Shown here: positions 12,367-24,090 of the stretch, one piece after another | How positions within the stretch are numbered: the stretch's first letter is position 1 | Layout of the letters: each line of letters starts with the position of its first letter | Translations under genes and position numbers: made by a program | Notes under the pieces: generated by a model | The model's database searches: none | What the model was told of the DNA's origin: nothing | Seen by the model: the letters and a program-made list of their open reading frames with translations, nothing else | Assembly (NCBI GenBank): GCA_964106915.2 | Contig: OZ066923.1 | DNA: 64,000 bases | Direction: 5' to 3' (one strand) | Origin: Podarcis gaigeae | Lineage: Eukaryota

Positions 12367-15300
12367 ATGTGGAGCCACAGGTTTCATTTCCCCCAATTTG
12401 GAGTAAGATAATTACAGGGCCGTCATCTTTTTATAAAATCTACAGGGATTTGTGCAGTACAAATAACTAAGTGAAATTAATTAACCAGATGCTAGATACA
12501 GGCAATAAAAAGGGTGTGGTTTCTTAACTTCTTTTTTGAACTAGCCTCAAAGTGACTTTCAACAGATTTCAATAATATTTGAAACCAAGGCAATATTTAA
12601 AAGCCAGCCCCTCTCACAAGGAAGTATTAATCACTACCCTGGCCTGGTCAGCTGTCCTCTCCCTGCTACTTTTTATCAGCAATGAGGGGCAAGGAGCAAG
12701 AGCCTGGACCAAACCAAGCACCTTGTCCATATCTTCTAACTTTGCTAAGATAACTGGACTCTGCATGGCTCTTGAGATTCATCTCCTGTAACAGCAGTGT
12801 CAAGGTCCTGGCAGATGCAAGTGATTTTATCCTCAAAATGTTTTGCAAATGAGTCACAGAGAGCTCAGGTCAGTAGAAAAGGCCAAAGCCCTTCAGTTCT
12901 GCAGACCCAGGGCTACTCCCATCCCTGCCTGAAAACACATGGAAGGTGACAGATTCCTAGAAATTTCTGTTCATATAGCTTTGTTCCCATCATTGACCAT
13001 CACTACACTCACTCGGGGCTGATGGTGCCTGTGAAACCAACAGCAGTTATCCACAGATTAGGTGTGTGCTATCATTATAAGCTAATGATTCTGTGTGCCT
13101 TGCTCCTGTTTATGGTTTTGGTCTACCACAAGGCATAAGTACAATAAGAGCAGGATCCAGACAGCTCTCTTAATTGGGAAAGCAGGGACAGGGTGAAGGG
13201 CAATTTTACATGCCATCAGCTGATCTCATCATCACATGGAAAACTGACAACATTGTGGGGAAGGAAAAACAAGGAAATGATGGTCATGAACTTGTTCAAG
13301 TAAAGAAGAAAAAAACTCATTTGAATTTTAATGTAAGCTGTTGTTTTGCTTCATATTTATAGAAAAAATGCTATTTAATTCCCACAGGTATACAAAGCTG
13401 TAACACTTAATCATTAGGGGCTTTTTTTCCTGAATAAAATAACCCACACATTTTGTATTTGGGTTTATGAGATACATTCACACATTAGTGTCATCTTGTC
13501 AAGTTCTTCTCCAAGGCGTTCAGAGGTGGAAGACAATTTAAACACTGACAGCCGAGTTCTTCAGGATTGCAGATGCAAGAGCTTTGGAGGGAAAATGTTT
13601 AAAAGCACTGCGATGATGTCACAAGTGTGTGAGTACAGGAAGATCTCCATGATGCCCCATCAATCCACTCACAGAGAATCTAGTTAGCACTGAATATACA
13701 ATTACCCCAAGCCAAGAAAGTAATTAGACCAAACTCTCTTTCCCCTCCCTTCTCCCCTCCCCTGCAACTCACTTCACCTAGTGCTTATCAATAAATATGA
13801 AGCACTGTTCATTTCAGCAACCCAAGAACCTGCTAACACAAACAATTGCTAAATAGCTGAGCTGTTTTGAGCACAGACGCAAAACAGTATAGCTGCTACT
13901 ATGCCTTAATGAAATTAATTTGCGATCAGCTATGTGGTAGCAACAGGAGCTTCAAACCTGTTGCTGGTGGAATGCATAGCAGTAACTAATAAATGCAACA
14001 TTGCAAGGCAAGACCATGTTTTGTAAAAAGTGCCTCATGGAATAGGAACACACATAAAATACACAACTCCTGAGCCCGACAAGGCTACAGCTGCAGCAGT
14101 CATTCAAGCATTCCCCTTTGTCTGTTCAGTGCTAGCAGGTGTCCTTTGAAGATAGTAAGCAATATGAGTAGTTTGCATCCAGCAAACTATTCTGCAGAGC
14201 ACTTAAGCAAAAATATACTGCATTCATTGAGGATTTCTGAAAGTAGTTTTACCTTCAAAGTCAGAAAAGGGAGAAGACTCTAAAATCTTATCCTTTATGT
14301 TTATATGTTTTGCATTTGTGATATTTTTACCAATGTTAAATAAATAACCATAAAGGAGAGAATGCCTCTTCTGAGATGGCACTGATGCTTTCCAGAGCTG
14401 CATGGTGATGCATACATGAGTCACAGGAAGCATTGTCAGAGAAAAGATATCATGGTTTGGCTTAGCATTTCATCCACTCTCTTGGTCAGCCAAGAACAAA
14501 ACCTTTGATACAGTGGGTGGTTTGTCTGGAGTGAGTTTGACTTAGCATTACATGCAAACCAGGTCTATGTACATCATCTCTTCAGCCTAAATGAGTGGAT
14601 ACTGCCCACCAGTTTAGGGATGGCTCAGAAAGAATCTGTTCAAGGACTCTGGTAGAACTGTAGCTGAGTCAGTGTTGTTATATTATCTTAATTTGTATGC
14701 TGCATTTCCACATAACTATGCCCTAAGTGATGAATAACACACAAACTAACACCTATCAATGCATCACTACAATAGACAACCTGGTACAATTTCATTTAAA
14801 ATCCAAATATAACAACTCAACTCAACAATACTAACATTGTGAAATATTAAGTTCATTACAAGGTCAGCAATGTTAGTTCCCGAAACATTGACCAGTGCCC
14901 TGTGCTCATGAATTGCAATGTTTCCTGAAGTCATAAAAATGAGCAATTTTTCCAAGTGCTGTCTAATTTGTTAGCAGCTGTTGCTTCACAAGCAGAGAAA
15001 CACTTGATTTTCTTATGATTTTTTTTATTGTTGGAAATGAAAATGCAGACATTAAAATTCAATTCAACAACCAATTATAGTAACCAATATCTTCAATACC
15101 ACTAGCAAAATAGATAAATAAGGTTTTCAATGGTTCTCAGCAACCTGACTCCAGTTGAAAATGGTGGTTCTATAACTGAAGTGTTGGCATTTCAAGACTG
15201 AAAACTTGGGATGTAAAACACTAGAAACTGGATTCATAAATATCAGTTACTTCATACACAATAGACAAAATACAGGGCAACCACAACAATCAGCAGATTG

Positions 15301-16680
15301 TTCAAACCACACCTATTGTTATACAGACAGCCATAAAATCCACCACAGGGCTATGAAACTGAACACAGGTGACATTAGAAGGAAAATCCATTTCCCTTTG
15401 CCTCAATGGCAAACATAGCAGTCTTATGTTACAAACATATACCCTCTTACCTGGAAGTAAGTCCCATTGAACTCAATGGTTCTTCTGAGTAGATATGTAT
15501 AGGATTGCACTGTTATTCAACCTTCTGCCAAGTATGACATACTGAGAAGCCAATGTCAGCCAATAAAATGTCCTAACACCATCAACACAAACTAAATGGG
15601 ATAGATTTTGCTGTTCAGACATCCATGAAAGCAACCAGACTTCAGTAGTAACTGCATTTCTTCATAGCTTTGCACACAGCAAATGAACATATAGAAACAA
15701 GACAAGAAGAAACCATTCAAGGCCAACCTCCTTCTCAGCAGAAGGATATTCCGAAAATATCCACTGGTGAACACCTTACTTTTGCCACACAATGTCTCCT
15801 CTACAGCTACCCAAAAAGGCTTTCTTTTAGCGCATGTAGAATTGGTGTTTGTGGTTTGCTTTTGCTTTTTTACAAAATGAAGATCAATTGACTTTCAACT
15901 GGTTGGTGTAATGATCTGTCAGAATCAAGGTTCTCCATTATGGAGGGGGCCTCCACAGAGACATAGGTTCTCTGCTGTAGAAGTTAACTTTCATCCCACA
16001 AAGCAGACAGGAGAATTCACACAACACTGGGGACAGGGATAAACACACACCTCTGCTGCACCTGTATTCCCTCATAGCGTAATAACAGCTGTACAGGGCA
16101 CCTATTAAAAACAAGAAGTATTCTTCCTCATCAAGTTTGTAAATTAACCCAGGAAACATGAAACAGGATGTGGCTATCCAATAGCTTAATTATTCTATTT
16201 CCTTCAATTAAAGACCATTTTTTAAAAGCAAATGCAGCACATATGATCATTCTACACGTAATGCTAACAAGCATTAATTACATTGAAATGCAGTTTTCAC
16301 AGTTACCATCGGAAGAGTCTGGGAAGAGCAAATTGTCACTCCCATCGTGAGGAAGAACGTATTCAAACAAGGTCAGCACAAAGTTAACAATATTGCTTAC
16401 TACAGGAGACATTTGGCACAGAGTCAGGAACGGCAGGAAAGTGAATGTTTTTGACAACCAATTTGCCAGATAATTTCAAGACCCTTTGGAAGTCAGATTA
16501 TCAGGTAGCAATGAAAATCAGCTGCACAGAAACAAACTGATAGCAATAAGGATACATATAAGAACACATTTAATTTTACACAGTGTTTTGTAAAGGTTAG
16601 AGCATTCAAAAAATATATATTTGTGGAGAAAGGGGATACGAATTTTAAAAGGCATTCAATTGTCAAAAGTAAGTTTTTAC

Positions 16681-16752
16681 CTTTTTCTGATCTTCTAGCT
16701 TGTGGCTGAGCGGATTCCTTCCATACCTGCTCATTTCTGAAGGTAAATCCAT
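16681..16752 (-). CDS. NAV3: Neuron navigator 3 alternative first coding exon (24 codons, MDLPSEMSRYGRNPLSHKLEDQKK, phase 0)
   Basis: ATG at 16752, GT donor at 16680-16679; peptide matches my recollection of the vertebrate NAV3 upstream-isoform N-terminus (compare NAV2 ...IHGLEDQKR before IYTDWANH); later exons are not in the window; not database-verified. Confidence 0.78.
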
Positions 16753-17084
16753 CACATCCGTTCCTTGTCCCTCAAAATGGAATTTGTACCTTGGACAGCA
16801 AACTAATCCACAACGTATGGGCTACGGACACAGAGATGCACTGCTTTTTCCATCACACACCTTAGTGGAAATTCACCACCTCCAAGGAATGGTTTAAAAA
16901 TCCAGTGACTGGGTAGAGGAAATAAATTTCACGATTCTCTCTTCGGACCTTCTGAATCAACATATCGTTCTTAAAAGACAATACATCCAAAGAGAAATGT
17001 TCATCCGCTCCTTTAAGCTCCAACTGTTATCTGTTGCTTCCTATACAAGCTTCCATTTTTAAAGGTTACATCCTGTCTGTGAAT
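16753..17084 (-). promoter_or_regulatory. NAV3: 5' UTR part of the NAV3 exon with 7 uAUGs / 6 uORFs
   Basis: Acceptor TCTTTCCCCCCTCCTCAACAG ending at 17085; uAUGs at 17071, 17056, 17004, 16986, 16963, 16853, 16757. Confidence 0.65.
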
Positions 17085-17724
17085 CTGTTGAGGAGGGGGG
17101 AAAGACATTTAATTATTACTATATTTTTCTTTTTATATGTGGAAGAAGCTGGTTAACTGAGAAGCAAATTATCAGTAAAAATATAGTATACACAAAAGGT
17201 TTATTCAGTCATTTCCTCAACATATATACTGAGAAATGTCCCATCCAAGAGTCCAGTGGGTCTTATTTCCAACTAAGTGTGATTGCCCAGTTTTCCCTTT
17301 TGCCCAACACAACGTACTGAACAGCCTTTAAAGTAAATGCATTTATTGGAAGCCCCATTGGTTTCAACGCAGTTTCCAAGGATGAAACTGCAACCTTATG
17401 GCCAATCCTCAAAAAGTGTGAAATTGCAGCTTTTAACCCCTGGCTCATAACCAACAACAGAGCAACAGCACCTTGAGCAACACAAAGCTAGACTAAGCTA
17501 GACCTGTCATCTTCCATGGCAGGTAGGTGCATGAAGTTATCAGGCAGTTCAGATCTAGGCAGCTTTAAGGATGAAGGGTCTCAAGGCTTGCTGGTAGAGT
17601 GACGAACACTTTTGAGGTCCACCTGCAAACACCCACTCGGAGTTGTGGAGCCCTGGGAGGTGGTGAAGCACCCTACTCACCCAAAAGGGTGATGTTCACA
17701 GGAAGGCAGTACCTTCCCTTAAAC

Positions 17725-19249
17725 CAGTGTTTCCCAACCAGTGTTCCGCGGCACACTAGTGTGCCGCGAGACTTTGCCTGGTGTGCCGTGGGAGGGAGGC
17801 GGGCTCCATGTGCTTAGAGCAACAGGCTGCCGCCCCAAGCCTCGCGCCCGACGGGAGCTCCTGCCGGGTGCGCAAGGCTTGCAGACACTCGCCCGAAGCA
17901 CGGGGCAGCCTCCGGAGGGCTCTGCGTGCTTCGGGCAACAGGCTGCCGCCCCAAGCCTCGCGTGCCCAGCGGGAGCTCCTGCCGGGCGCGCAAGGCTTGC
18001 AGACACTCGCCCGAAGCACGGGGAGCCCTCCGTAGGGCTCCCTGTGCTTCGGGCAACAGGCTGCCGCCCCAAGCCTTGCGCGCCTGGCAAGAGCTCCTGC
18101 CGGGCGCGCAAGACTTGCAGACACTCGCCCGAAGCACGGGCAGCCCTCCGTAGGGCTCCCTGTGCTTCGGGCAACAGGCTGCCGCCCCAAGCCTTGCGCG
18201 CCTGGCAGGAGCTCCTGCCGGGCGCGCAAGGCTTGCAGACACTCGCCCGAAGCACGGGGAGCCCTCCGTAGGGCTCCCTGTGCTTCGGGCAACAGGCTGC
18301 CGCCCCAAGCCTTGCGCGCCTGGCAGGAGCTCCTGCCGGGCGCGCAAGGCTTGCAGACACTCGCCCAAAGCACGGGGAGCCCTCCGTAGGGCTCCCTGTG
18401 CTTCGGGCAACAGGCTGCCGCCCCAAGCCTTGCGCGCCTGGCAGGAGCTCCTGCCGGGCGCGCAAGGCTTGCAGACACTCGCCCAAAGCACGGGGAGCCC
18501 TCCGTAGGGCTCCCTGTGCTTCGGGCAACAGGCTGCCGCCCCAAGCCTTGCCGCCTGGCAGGAGCTCCTGCCGGGCGCGCAGGGTTGCAGACACTCGCCC
18601 GAAGCACAGGGAGCCCTCCGTAGGGCTCCCTGTGCTTCGGGCAACAAGCTGCCGCCCCAAGCCTTGCGCGCCTGGCAGGAGCTCCTGCCGGGCGCGCAGG
18701 GTTGCAGACACTCGCCCGAAGCACGGGGAGCCCTCCGTAGGGCTCCCTGTGCTTCGGGCAACAGGCTGCCGCCCCAAGCCTTGCGCGCCTGGCAGGAGCT
18801 CCTGCCGGGCGCGCAAGGCTTGCAGACACTCGCCCGAAGCACGGGGAGCCCTCCGTAGGGCTCCCTGTGCTTCGGGCAACAGGCTGCCGCCCCAAGCCTT
18901 GCCGCCTGGCAGGAGCTCCTGCCGGGCGCGCAGGGTTGCAGACACTCGCCCGAAGCACGGGGAGCCCTCCGTAGGGCTCCCTGTGCTTCGGGCAACAAGC
19001 TGCCGCCCCAAGCCTTGCGCGCCTGGCAGGAGCTCCTGCCGGGCGCGCAGGGTTGCAGACACTGGCCGGAAGCACGGGGAGCCCTCCGTAGGGCTCCCTG
19101 TGCTTCGGGCAACAGGCTGCCGCCCCAAGCGGCATATAGTCAATATAGGCACAGAGTTAATTTTTTAAACATTTTCTAATGGTGGTGTGCCTCGAGATTT
19201 TTTTCATGAAACAAGTGTGCCTTTGCCCAAAAAAGGTTGGGAAACACTG
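17725..19249. mobile_element. Second copy of the same hAT family with about 11 x 118-bp units
   Basis: Same TIRs and termini as 10255-12366; different 8-bp TSD CCTTAAAC (17717-17724, 19250-19257); 587 bp (5 units) shorter. Confidence 0.93.
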
Positions 19250-19454
19250 CCTTAAACACTACCTTCTTACCTTGGTAGTGCTGGCTCGCAGAATTTGTTG
19301 TGCAGTTAGCATCACACAGCCTGCTTCCTTTCTGTAAATGTGCTGCACTAATTTAATGAATGTGGCCCAGTTCACCTAACCTTTGTGTCTTGCCTCCTTA
19401 TTTCCATACATGGTCACCATCAGTCCTTTAGTCACTGCCTTGTGACTCAGACTA

Positions 19455-19572
19455 GCCCAGGCTTCCTCAACCTCGGCCCTCCAGATGTTTTGAGACTACA
19501 ATTCCCATCATCCCTGGCCACTGGTCCTGTTAGCTAGGGATCATGGGAGATGTAGGCCAAAAACATCTGGAG
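19455..19572. mobile_element. Short squamate MITE (CCAGATGTT...CATCTGG family)
   Basis: Internal inverted repeat; relatives near 8580-8700, 10137-10254 and 40005-40095. Confidence 0.6.
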
Positions 19573-19846
19573 CTTCTTAGCACAATCAAGAAAGCTACAG
19601 AAAAAAGACAGCAACAGCATCTTAAGGACAAAACAAGATGTGATGGCAACAGACCCATTCAAACTCATGTTTGTACTGATAAATCAGATATGTGGTGGTC
19701 TGAAAGCAAAAATGATGCATTGGGGGCGGGGTGCTAGTTTGACTTTAATATAAAGTAATTAAGAGATAGAAAAACAGAATTCAGTGGTTTGTACCTTTTT
19801 GTAGAAGGACATAATAGATCAATGAAGTGATAAAATGTGTAACTAC

Positions 19847-19890
<44 letters not shown>
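19847..19890. repeat. (AAT)n microsatellite
   Basis: Seen directly. Confidence 0.95.
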
Positions 19891-19891
<1 letters not shown>

Positions 19892-21362
19892 GTAAAGCAG
19901 CTGATGCTTGTTTTCAAGTATATGCTAAAATCTGTAAAATATTGATTTACTTAGTGCAATTAAAAACTAAATTCAATTTGTATTAACCTTTTTTAAAAAG
20001 AAAGTTTCTGTGATTTTAAATATTCATTTTAAGTGCATAATATTTTCAGAACAGCACTGTCTTGTGAAAAGGTAGGGGAACATAGTTGAGATGATTTTTC
20101 TTCATTCATCCTTGGACCACGATTTTCCAGTAGGTTGGAGCTGTTGTTTTTCTTTTAATCAGGTAAAACTTTCGGTGTCAAGTTAGAATTCTGCCATATT
20201 TCTGGTAGAATTCAGGAAGACTGGGTATGCTAATCATGGCCTGCATGCTTCAATAATAATGCAAAAATTCTTATAAAGCCCCAATGTCACATTTCATGTT
20301 ATGTCTGTCTGCATAGTCAAAGAAGTTTGCAAAGTTAGAAACAAAATTATAGAATGGACTGACATTAGCATTTCACCTCGGGGTCTTTTAATGCCATTGC
20401 TTTGTGAGATGTGTCTTGTGGGAGGGGCACTGTTTTTCAAGGCGGGGGAGTCCCCTATCATTTATCGTCTACCAAAAGCTGGAGTCTGTCTTGATTCATA
20501 GAGTCCCCCAGAGCCACTTATCACTGGCCCAGCAATTTGTTACTTCCACACAAAGCATTCTCTGAAATTGGCTTGGATTCTGGCTCTACCCCTGTCAAAA
20601 AGTCAAATGAATATGCCCTCTATCTTCTCCCTGCCTCATTTTCAAGTAAATAGCAGCTTCCCTGTACAGATTGAGATGCCATGCACAGGACCCCAAACCT
20701 TCCGTTATTTATCATTTTATTTCAGTCTTGGAAAGGCTGCCAAGCAAGTATGTCCTTCCTTTTATCTCCTCCATCATTCAATTTGTTGGTCACCGAGCAG
20801 AAGAGAAAGAAAATATATCCAAGGTATACTCTAGACAGGTAGTCAATAACAATGTACTCTCACCCTGCTTTTCATTGCAATTATCCTATGGGTTTATTGT
20901 GCAAGATAGGTGTGTCCAAGGCACAACAAAACCTACACCATGGACTAAGAGTAAGTGACAGTCTTGAAAACAAACAGGGATATTACTTGAAAGCTAAAAT
21001 GCTGGAGACACATATGCCCTGGATTAGTTTTTCTTTTTCTTTCTTTCTTTCTTTCCTTCCTTTCTTTCTTTGATAATTAAAAATCAGAGATATAATCATT
21101 TTATAGTAAAACAAAACAAAGCATTGCACTGATTATGTAGTATTAAAGAAACATTTTGCTCAGAATTGGAGAAAAAACTCCTACCAACCATGAGCAAGAC
21201 TTTTCTTGAAAAGGCAAGTTTCACATCTGAGGCTGGAACGACAGCAGCATGATGAATGCACTAGTACAGGTGTAGCAATCCACACAGGCCTTGCTCCATT
21301 CCCTCTTCAAGTGCTTCTGTTTGGCTACAATGTATTATTGCACTGTGGTAATGCAGGAGTTA

Positions 21363-21717
21363 GGGATGCGGGTGGCGCTGTGGGTAAAACCTCAGCGCCT
21401 AGGACTTGCCGATTGCATGGTCGGCGGTTCGAATCCCCGCGGCGGGGTGCGCTCCCGTCGTTCAGTCCCAGCGCCTGCCAACCTAGCAGTTCAAAAGCAC
21501 CCCCGGGTGCAAGTAGATAAATAGGGACCGCTTACCAGCGGGAAGGTAAACGGCGTTCCGTGTGCTGCACTGGCTCGCCAGAGCAGCGATGTCACGCTGG
21601 CCACGTGACCCGGAAGTGTCTGTGGACAGCGATGGCTCCCGGCCTCTAGAGTGAGATGAGCGCACAACCCTAGAGTCTCTCAAGACTGGCCCATACGGGC
21701 AGGGGTACCTTTACCTT
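21363..21717 (+). mobile_element. Sauria SINE, full length
   Basis: A/B boxes, ACCTTT tail, 14-bp TSD TAATGCAGGAGTTA; same subfamily as 60493-60847. Confidence 0.93.
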
Positions 21718-23359
21718 TAATGCAGGAGTTAAGGACTGCATTCCCTTCTGAGCAAACTTCCTTGGGTCACAAACCAGTGGTGGGCAGGGTCAAAGGCAAA
21801 AGTGGCCAGAGCAAAAATTTTACCTTTGTACAATAGGCTAGTTTATACACCCACACCCACACAACCCTCTATCCTCCATCTAAGCAAGCAAAAGACATTA
21901 TCATCATAGTTCAAGGATGAATTCCAGCCAGGCAAAAACACGCAAGCAGGATGCAAAGCTGGGCTAATGAGGGGTGTGGCCTGAGGATCCCAACAACTAA
22001 ACAGAGAGGCCCAGAGGGTCATTTGCAGCCCTTGGCCTCAGGTCTGTACCCCCCCCCCCCGCTGGTGATAATGCCTCTTTTATTGACTGAATGGAGGGTG
22101 TGTGTGCACCACTTTGGGCTCTGTCTGGCCACTCTGTATAGACCCAATAAAATTACTGGACATTACTAACTCAGGTTCATTAGTTTCAGCGGGTATCCCT
22201 GGTTGAATACAACCCATTTTAGAAGTATAAAAAGTAGACATAAGGGGTGTTTATTATATTCTCTGGTATTCATTCTATTCTCAGGTATTGTGGTGCCCTG
22301 TAATAAACGGAGCAACTCAGATACAGGAATGATCTTTGGCTTAGCTCAGCAAAGAGAACTGCTGTTTAACTCACAGCACTCTATCATCCCTACAGCAGCA
22401 GTGAGGACCATGCAGATCAGGTAAGGAATACAAGGTACGGAGAGCAAGAAAATCAGACAGGACGTTGTACAGTAAAGCAGAGAGAAGTGTGCTTTAAGAG
22501 TACCAGTGAGAAAGGCAGGCAATAGTTTCTAGTAATAAGGTGGGAGATGGGTGCTGCAGAAAACATAATAAACAAGGCAGTGGTTATAACATAGCTCTGG
22601 TACTAAAGCTTCTCCCAATGTCCCTGAGGAGCAATCAGTAACTATGCAGCCCTTTCTTCATATTTCATTTCCCAAAAAGCAACATAGTTATGTTATACAT
22701 GGAGAATGAATGGCACACCATCACTTTTGGATGCTATTATTCTAATGCAAAACAAAACAAAAGATGGGACACAAGGTCATAGCAGTTGCTATATTGCATC
22801 ACATTAGAGATCCATCTGAACACAGCAAACTATATTCAGCAGAGGTAACCAAATACCCAGGCTAAGATTACAAACAGGGCATGATGAACATAGCCTTCCC
22901 TAGAGTTGGTTCCCAATTCTGGTAAACAGCGTTTATAAGGACACTGCATGTGCCATTAGTGGCTATGAAGACTGACCACCATACAGTTATGTCAATTGTT
23001 TCTGGAGTTAGTGGGTCTCAGAGCACCCTAGAGAAATAAAATCTATGATGACAACAAGCCCAAACAAACATAAGCATGCTTGAAGCTCATCAAAATCAAT
23101 GGGTATTAAAAGTGCACTCAAACCTGCAGTGACGTCTGACCCTTGTGCTTATCATGAATTGGGTAAGGAATAATTCGTTTGTTTTAATTTAACCTGTGTC
23201 AATTCATTTGGCCAATGACTGTGAGGTTCTCTATTTTCAGAACCCGAGGTTACAAAACTAGAGCAGAGGAATAAGGTCTATTTGAAGTGTTAATATTTAC
23301 CTTTTTTCATTTTTCAGCACAATGCAACATTGCCAATTTAACAATGAGCCACAGTGGTA

Positions 23360-24090
23360 CACAGTATTAGCCCCCACACCCTAGAATAGAGATTCACACA
23401 GGAAGATGGTATTAAATAACCACAACTTTATTAGCAGTACGAAAGAATCTGCAGCATGGGACTAAACACCTGCAAGCTGAATTTTGGGAGATAGCAAAGG
23501 AATGCCAAAAAAATATTGCTTTCATTGTTTGGAAAACACCACCTGGCATAAACCTAAACACCATCTTTAAATTGGAGATGTTTTCATTGCCAAAGGGGAG
23601 CTGAAGGGGAGCCTAACCCCTGCCATCCAGCAGGGCACGTCCTCAAACCAAGCAAAAGCCTCAAGCCACCTTGCAATGTAAGGTGGTTTGTCAGATGGCC
23701 TTCGCAAAAGGTGCCTTGGGGTACTTAACCTTAAATGCTGAAAATGCCAAGATGTGACAGATTAGCAACCCATTAAGCCAAATTAACCACATGGCCGTGA
23801 TCAGAACAGCACAGGAATAGGTGAAAAGGGCAATCCAGGATGCATAAAATAATTCGGTTAGAGAACGGTGCTGATAATTCTTACAGTTCTTGATGGTGAC
23901 TGGCTAATCCTGCACTCTGAAAAGGGTACATAGGTGGGTTGCTAACTGACACTTAAAGAAAGGAAGAGGGCCAGGACCCTTTTAATGGGAGACAGCTGCC
24001 CTCCTCCTATTGACCATCAAAGGTATTGTTAGATGGACTGACTAAGTGAATTTGGCCACAGTGAATTACCGGTAACTGTGCACTGGTACA
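23360..24090 (-). mobile_element. Degenerate LTR-like or DIRS/Ngaro-like repeat
   Basis: Minus-strand AATAAAGTTGTGG polyA motif and layout resembling 44564-45320; boundaries uncertain. Confidence 0.35.

Noticed and set aside
17719-19168. ORFs of 432-477 aa
   Set aside because: Same tandem-repeat artefact
10255-19249. Two array copies as an assembly duplication
   Set aside because: Each has its own distinct 8-bp TSD and unrelated flanks
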